Assembly (NCBI GenBank): GCA_003345555.1
Contig: PRDJ01000030.1
Location: forward strand, 1 to 31,885
Direction: 5' to 3'
From: Candidatus Thorarchaeota archaeon
Lineage (GTDB): Archaea > Asgardarchaeota > Thorarchaeia > Thorarchaeales > Thorarchaeaceae
DNA length: 31,885 nt
Of the stretch, positions 26,927-31,885 are shown in pieces. Both the position numbers and the translations under genes were made by a program. The notes under the pieces were generated by a model. The model was not told where the DNA came from. It saw only the letters and a list, made by a program, of their open reading frames with translations, and did not search any database. The first letter of the stretch is position 1. Every line of letters begins with the position of its first letter.

Positions 26927-27721
26927 CTAGAGTATAATCCTCGTGCAAAGGACGGGTTTTCGAGAGAGCAATGCTTCTAGACGCCCAGGCACAGACAGGT
27001 TGAACACAGCAATCTCTCTTTTCTTTCCCGCGAGTTTAGTCAACTCGGCAAGCTTGGCCGTCATTCCCCCGGTAACGTCCGTGGCTTTTGATGAGCTTGC
27101 CCCGAGCATGACTTGATTCATATTCGACTTGTCGATGATAGGAATCATCGTGGCATTCGGTTTGTCTCTAGGATCGGCTTCGTACACACCATCAACATCA
27201 GTTCCGATATACACAGATTCTGCGTCAAGGATTTCTGCTATGTGCACAAGAATCGTATCACCGCTAAGGATTGATGCACCACGAATGTCGTCAAAGCATA
27301 CATCGCCGTGAGTCACCACTGTCAGCCCTGTCTGAAGTGCCCTTTGAATCAGTTCCATAGGAAAGCTAGACACCGAACCATCATGCATCTGTACAAAAGA
27401 GAAAGGAGAAAACACAGCTGCGGGTATCCCAACATTCTGCATTATGCGCTCGACTTGCATTGAAAGCAGAGTCATGTTATGACGAATCGCAGGGACACCT
27501 GCCAGAAGGCGTTCCTTCGGTGTCTTTGGGTCTCCAAAACCGAATCGATGGGCTGCCTGATGACCATGTGCTCCGCCGCCGAGGACAATGACCAGATTAC
27601 CGTTGTACCCCTTCAACTCGAGAGCTATGCGTTTCACTGCTTCGTGATTTACTCTGGGTGGAGAAGCGCTCTTGTGAGTGATTACAGAACCTCCAAGCTT
27701 AACAACTGTCACACGGTGCAA
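26927..27721 (-). CDS. ipk: Isopentenyl phosphate kinase (amino acid kinase family)
   Basis: VVKLGGSVITHK, GGGAHGH (IPK His), VTHGDV, ILSGD, TDVDGVY, DVTGGM..K. TTG 27721 is preferred over the 27871 start in the ORF track. Confidence 0.85.
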   Translation of the reverse strand: MHRVTVVKLGGSVITHKSASPPRVNHEAVKRIALELKGYNGNLVIVLGGGAHGHQAAHRFGFGDPKTPKERLLAGVPAIRHNMTLLSMQVERIMQNVGIPAAVFSPFSFVQMHDGSVSSFPMELIQRALQTGLTVVTHGDVCFDDIRGASILSGDTILVHIAEILDAESVYIGTDVDGVYEADPRDKPNATMIPIIDKSNMNQVMLGASSSKATDVTGGMTAKLAELTKLAGKKREIAVFNLSVPGRLEALLSRKPVLCTRIIL

Positions 27722-28001
27722 TGATGAAGCCCCGAGAATGTGTCCGAAAAGGCAGCTTATGGAGGTTATTATTGATGGACGGCCTGTGCTGTCGTGAGAA
27801 AGCGGGCCGCTGTGGCAGTCCCTAGAGCATGAACGGATGGAGAGAGAGGAATCTCCATGGAAGAGATGCAATTGCTGTAAAGACTGGCGATGTCTGATAC
27901 ATCCGGGATCGTTGGAAGCCGAAGGCCAAATACAGACGGCAGGGAACCAAGAGAATTGAAATATCAGCGTGGGCAGGTACTACCCATTCGTTGTAACATA
28001 C

Positions 28002-28024
28002 AGGTTGCAAAGCAACCTTTTTAT
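28002..28024 (+). promoter_or_regulatory. Palindromic operator-like site abutting the rps10 TATA box
   Basis: AGGTTGC-aaa-GCAACCT (28002-28018) runs directly into TTTTTAT (28018-28024), in the divergent ipk/rps10 spacer. Confidence 0.45.
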
Positions 28025-28077
28025 CCGATTCCACGCTGGCTGCCGGGGACGTCTCCTCAAGCGGGGTAAACAGTCAC

Positions 28078-28389
28078 ATGACTCAGAGAGCTAGGATTCG
28101 ACTATCGAGTACGAGTACAGAGTATCTCGATGGCGTATGCAATCAAATCAAGCGAATTACCCGCAAGACAGGAGTACGGATGGCTGGTCCGATTCCGTTG
28201 CCCACGCGTCGAATGATTGTTCCCACGCGGAAAACGCCCTGTGGACAGGGTTCCGAGTCATGGGATAAGTGGGAGATGAGGATACACAAGCGATTGATTG
28301 ACATCGATGCCGATGAGCGTGCCATCCGTCAGATAATGCGTGTGAAGATTCCTGATTCTGTGTATATCGAGATTGAGCTTACCGGATAG
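28078..28389 (+). CDS. rpsJ: 30S ribosomal protein uS10
   Basis: [50 protein letters not shown]. Confidence 0.97.
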   Translation: MTQRARIRLSSTSTEYLDGVCNQIKRITRKTGVRMAGPIPLPTRRMIVPTRKTPCGQGSESWDKWEMRIHKRLIDIDADERAIRQIMRVKIPDSVYIEIELTG

Positions 28390-28491
28390 TGCCCGAGTCT
28401 TATCTCGAGTTACGGCGATTTCAGAAGAAGGACTGTGTTCGGTCACCGGAGCGTATATGAGGTTCGCTTGTCCCTCATAGAGGCAGAAATC

Positions 28492-30315
28492 ATGTGCGGA
28501 ATAATCGGTGTAGTTCAAGAACGAGGAGAAGTGGCTCCGTTCCTTCATCAAGCGCTGAAGAGGCTGGAGTATAGAGGCTACGATTCAGTAGGAGTAACAA
28601 CCATTGCGAACGAGCACCTATACATTAAGAAAGAGAAGGGTAAGATTGACGAGGTACACAAGAAACTCAATCTGGACGATCTTCCTGGGTCTATAGGCAT
28701 CGGACATACTAGATGGGCCACACATGGAATACCTTCCATGCTGAACTCGCATCCGCATTTTGACTGCAATGACGAGATAGCTGTTGTACACAATGGTGTA
28801 ATAGATAATTTTCTGGAACTAAGGAGCGAACTCAGTGCAAGAGGGCATGTTTTCAACTCTGATACGGATACAGAAGTCATTCCTCACATGATTGAAGAGT
28901 ATATGAATGAGGGAATGGACCTGAAAGCGGCTCTCAGAAGAGTTGCTCTTAGGATTGAAGGAACCTATGCGATTGTTGTCATGACGACGAGAGAGCCGGA
29001 CAAGATATGTGCCGTCAGAGACGGCAATCCTCTAGTAATCGGCACGCAGGAGGGTGTACACTACATTAGTTCGGACATTCCGGCTTTTCTGCCGATGACG
29101 AACAACATGGTCCTTCTCTTGGATGGGGAGATTGCCAGCCTCTCTGCGAGCGGAGTTCAAATCGAGAAGCTTTCAGATGGTAGTAGAGTACAGCGTGAAA
29201 GCATCAAGGTGAGTTGGACCGCAGATCAGGCCCAGAAGGGTGGCTTTCCTCATTTCATGCTCAAGGAGATTCATGAGCAGCCGGAAGCAATCAGGAATAC
29301 GCTAAGGCTTCGTAGAGATTCAATCGTCAAGGCTACCGAGATTATTCAGAGTGCAGATAAAGTGTATATGATAGCAATGGGTACATCTAGTCATGCTGCC
29401 ATGGCTGGGCGGCATATGTTTGGCTCTCTTGGCGGAGTACTTCCGATATGCGAACTGGCGAGCGACTTTCAAGATAGTGTTTATGATGCCCTCTCTGGGG
29501 ATGATTGCATATTGGCAATCACACAGTCGGGAGAGACAACAGACACTATTGCGGCGACGAAGTACGCCAAGCATCTTGGTGCCAAAGTGATTGCAGTCAC
29601 GAATGTGGTAGGAAGTTCAATAACACAGTCTGCCGACCACACGATCATTACGCAGGCGGGACCTGAAATCGGGGTTGCTGCAACGAAGACTTTCATGGTG
29701 CAGCTTACTGCATTGGCCCAGATTGCATTGACCTTGGCCGAAAGTAATCGAAAGATGGACCGAGACATCATCTTGAGAAAGCGAGAAGGTCTTGCTAGAC
29801 TTCCAGAGATTGTGTCTGAAGTGATAACTAGAAATGAAGAGCGATCACGAATGCTAGCTGGTGTGTTCTATGACAAACCGAGCTTCTTGTTTCTCGGACG
29901 GGGCGTGTCGGTGGCAACTGCGAATGAAGGAGCATTGAAGCTGAAAGAGATAGCCTACAACCATGCTGAAGGGTATTCGGCAGGCCAATCAAAACATGGA
30001 CCGATTGCACTCGTACAGGATGGCTATCCTGTGGTATGTGTCGTTCCTAGAGATGTTACAAGAAACCGCATGATTGGGAACATAATGGAGATGAAAGCGA
30101 GGGGAGCATCGATCGTCTCCGTTGTCGAAAAGGACGATCAAGAAGTCAGTGGCCTCTCGGATCATGTCCTCGAAATACCAGCAGGTGTTGAATCGGAATT
30201 CTCACCAATGCCGTATGTGGTACCACTCCAGCTGTTCAGTTATTATGTTGCGCTGAGAAAGGGATATGACCCTGACAAGCCTCGCAATCTTGCCAAGTCT
30301 GTGACTGTCCTCTAG
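28492..30315 (+). CDS. glmS: Glutamine--fructose-6-phosphate aminotransferase (isomerizing)
   Basis: N-terminal MCGIIG (catalytic Cys), RLEYRGYDS, GHTRWATHG, HNG, SDTDTEV, SQSGET, GPEIGVAATK, KHGPIAL, PRNLAKSVTV. The start must be ATG 28492 for the N-terminal Cys. Confidence 0.97.
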   Translation: MCGIIGVVQERGEVAPFLHQALKRLEYRGYDSVGVTTIANEHLYIKKEKGKIDEVHKKLNLDDLPGSIGIGHTRWATHGIPSMLNSHPHFDCNDEIAVVHNGVIDNFLELRSELSARGHVFNSDTDTEVIPHMIEEYMNEGMDLKAALRRVALRIEGTYAIVVMTTREPDKICAVRDGNPLVIGTQEGVHYISSDIPAFLPMTNNMVLLLDGEIASLSASGVQIEKLSDGSRVQRESIKVSWTADQAQKGGFPHFMLKEIHEQPEAIRNTLRLRRDSIVKATEIIQSADKVYMIAMGTSSHAAMAGRHMFGSLGGVLPICELASDFQDSVYDALSGDDCILAITQSGETTDTIAATKYAKHLGAKVIAVTNVVGSSITQSADHTIITQAGPEIGVAATKTFMVQLTALAQIALTLAESNRKMDRDIILRKREGLARLPEIVSEVITRNEERSRMLAGVFYDKPSFLFLGRGVSVATANEGALKLKEIAYNHAEGYSAGQSKHGPIALVQDGYPVVCVVPRDVTRNRMIGNIMEMKARGASIVSVVEKDDQEVSGLSDHVLEIPAGVESEFSPMPYVVPLQLFSYYVALRKGYDPDKPRNLAKSVTVL

Positions 30316-30361
30316 CGGGCTTAAATCCGCTTGAATGGAATAGTCCCTCGTGAGCGTTGTC

Positions 30362-30610
30362 ATGCAGTATTGTATTCTAAGCCCTTTGGTAGATTTTGCG
30401 AATGTCATATCCCAACATCTTGCGGAGATATGGGCATTCTTGATGCTTGTCGGCAGGATTTCGGCGATTATTGTTGTGCTTGCAGGAGCGATTCTTTGGT
30501 TCACTGAAGTGAATTCGTCCAAGGGGAAACAGCTGGTCATGAGCGGTATTCTGCTAGCGGTTGTGGTTCAGTACTTTGTTATGTATCCTCCGTCCTTCGC
30601 CTTAGGCTAG
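30362..30610 (+). CDS. Small two-helix membrane protein resembling VirB2/TrbC-type conjugative pilins
   Basis: 82 aa. Hydrophobic helix ending VVLAGAILWF, basic loop NSSKGKQ, then LVMSGILLAVVVQYF. It has its own TATA-like TTAAAT at 30321-30326. The family assignment is by eye only. Confidence 0.5.
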   Translation: MQYCILSPLVDFANVISQHLAEIWAFLMLVGRISAIIVVLAGAILWFTEVNSSKGKQLVMSGILLAVVVQYFVMYPPSFALG

Positions 30611-30629
30611 GGTCGTAAACTTGCTCGGT

Positions 30630-31844
30630 TCACAGTAGTTGTTCACGTATGAGCCTCAGCGATTCTGCAAGCCTATCGATATCCTGGAATGAATTGTAGA
30701 CATGCAGAGATGCTTGTATGATCCCCTCATTTGCGAATACTCGGATTAGAGGGTGTGCACAAAGCAGACCACTTCTGACTGCAACATTCGATTGGTCTAG
30801 GAACAGCGAAATGTCGTGGCAGCTGATTCCGCCACCTTCACCCATGTTAAAGCCGAAGATCGTTGAACTCTCACTAGGCAGACCGTAAAGAACGAGATTA
30901 TCGATGCTAGTCAGACGTTCCAGCATGTATTGAGATAGAGCCTTCATGTGATCAAGAAATCCTCTTGAATGGAGGGTACGGAGATAGTCAATAGCTGCCC
31001 CCAAGCCGACAATCGCTGGAACATTGATGGTTCCTGGTTCAAACTTATCGGGTTGCATGGCTATGTCATAGGAGGAGGGGGTTACATTGGCCACCGCGGA
31101 TCCTCCGATTATGCCCGGTAGTAAGACTGTGCCCAGTGATTTGTCTATCCACTGTACTGTTAGACCAGGAGGACCCATGAGTCCAACGTTGCCCGAAAAG
31201 AAGAGAACATCGGCACCGATTGATTTGGGGGAATGGGTTGTAGTCCCCATAGATCGAGTCGCATCGGTCATCAGTATCGCTCCGTTTTCGTGAGCAATTC
31301 CTGCGATTTCGTTGGTCGGGTTTTGAACACCGACACCGGTTGTGACATCGCTAACAGCAATCATTCCTGTTCTGCTGTTGACCCGTGCCTTCAGTTGCTC
31401 GATTTGCAGCAATCCTGTATTATCGATTGGAATAGTGTCGACTTGGAGACCAAGAACCTCAGCCACCCTTAGGAGAGTCGTGAGGATGGAATGTTCTTCG
31501 CTCTCAGCAATTGCGATGTGGTCTCTATTCTCTTTGTGCCAGTCATATCCGTAGGCAAATGATGCCACTGCGGCAGGGAGAGAGCCATGAAACGAGACCT
31601 GCGATTTCTCTGTGTTGATGAAATCGGCCAGCGATGAACGGGCATTTTCAACGAGAGTATTGCTCATAACAGCGAGTTTGTATGCGCCTCGGCGAGAAGA
31701 GACAGTACAGGTGTTTAGGAAGATAGTAGTAGCCTTGATAGCTTTCTTTGGAACGAGACTCGTACTAGCTGAGTCAAAGTATGCAAGGTCGGGATGGACG
31801 TCGTAGACGCCGAAGTCGGACTTTACCTCGAGCATGACTGTCAC
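30630..31844 (-). CDS. SufS/cysteine desulfurase-fold (class V aminotransferase) protein lacking the PLP-binding lysine
   Basis: YFDSAST, EEH, KFEPGTINVPAIVGLGAAIDYL and RSGLLCAHP match SufS, but SGHK reads SGNV. Start is GTG 31844 or ATG 31835. Confidence 0.85.
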   Translation of the reverse strand: MTVMLEVKSDFGVYDVHPDLAYFDSASTSLVPKKAIKATTIFLNTCTVSSRRGAYKLAVMSNTLVENARSSLADFINTEKSQVSFHGSLPAAVASFAYGYDWHKENRDHIAIAESEEHSILTTLLRVAEVLGLQVDTIPIDNTGLLQIEQLKARVNSRTGMIAVSDVTTGVGVQNPTNEIAGIAHENGAILMTDATRSMGTTTHSPKSIGADVLFFSGNVGLMGPPGLTVQWIDKSLGTVLLPGIIGGSAVANVTPSSYDIAMQPDKFEPGTINVPAIVGLGAAIDYLRTLHSRGFLDHMKALSQYMLERLTSIDNLVLYGLPSESSTIFGFNMGEGGGISCHDISLFLDQSNVAVRSGLLCAHPLIRVFANEGIIQASLHVYNSFQDIDRLAESLRLIREQLL

Positions 31845-31885
31845 GGTGAACGCTTCAATGTGCAGGCTTTTAACGTCATCCGATG

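Noticed and set aside
28390-28491. glmS ribozyme-like leader
   Set aside because: It is a short spacer without the conserved glmS ribozyme core, and that element is bacterial.
29980-30005. GlmS motif reads GQSKHGP rather than GELKHGP
   Set aside because: The catalytic N-terminal Cys, LKLKE, the His of HGP and the C-terminal Lys motif are all intact, so this is likely neutral lineage variation.
1-31885. CRISPR array, tandem repeats or IS elements
   Set aside because: No regularly spaced repeats, terminal inverted repeats or transposase ORFs were seen by eye.

Overview
Archaeal chromosomal core region with a probable Asgard (Thorarchaeia-like) character. That assignment is an inference from an Rpo8/RPB8 homolog, Gins23 beside MCM, an HDAC-family gene, isopentenyl phosphate kinase and large N-glycosylated surface proteins. 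The left third is a compact replication/repair cluster: partial HDAC, Hel308, MCM carrying a 538-aa LAGLIDADG intein, Gins23, RFC small and large, TruA, a small wHTH protein and Cdc6/Orc1, followed by a repeat-bearing intergenic region that is a candidate origin. The middle holds two tRNA genes, Gly-CCC and Glu-CUC, each interrupted by a BHB intron at a non-canonical position (53/54 and 10/11). It also has an orphan 2-oxoacid oxidoreductase alpha subunit, two Ig-like surface proteins, Rpo8, a divergent TFB paralog, a CpaF/VirB11-type ATPase, an Flp-like prepilin and a 1283-aa membrane-anchored VirB4/HerA-type ATPase. The right end has ipk, rps10, glmS, a VirB2-like two-helix membrane protein and a SufS-fold protein lacking the PLP lysine. 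The headline hypothesis (inference) is a chromosomally domesticated pilus plus DNA-transfer module with its own alternative TFB, analogous to the Sulfolobales TFB3/Ups/Ced system. No CRISPR array, integrase or transposase was seen.
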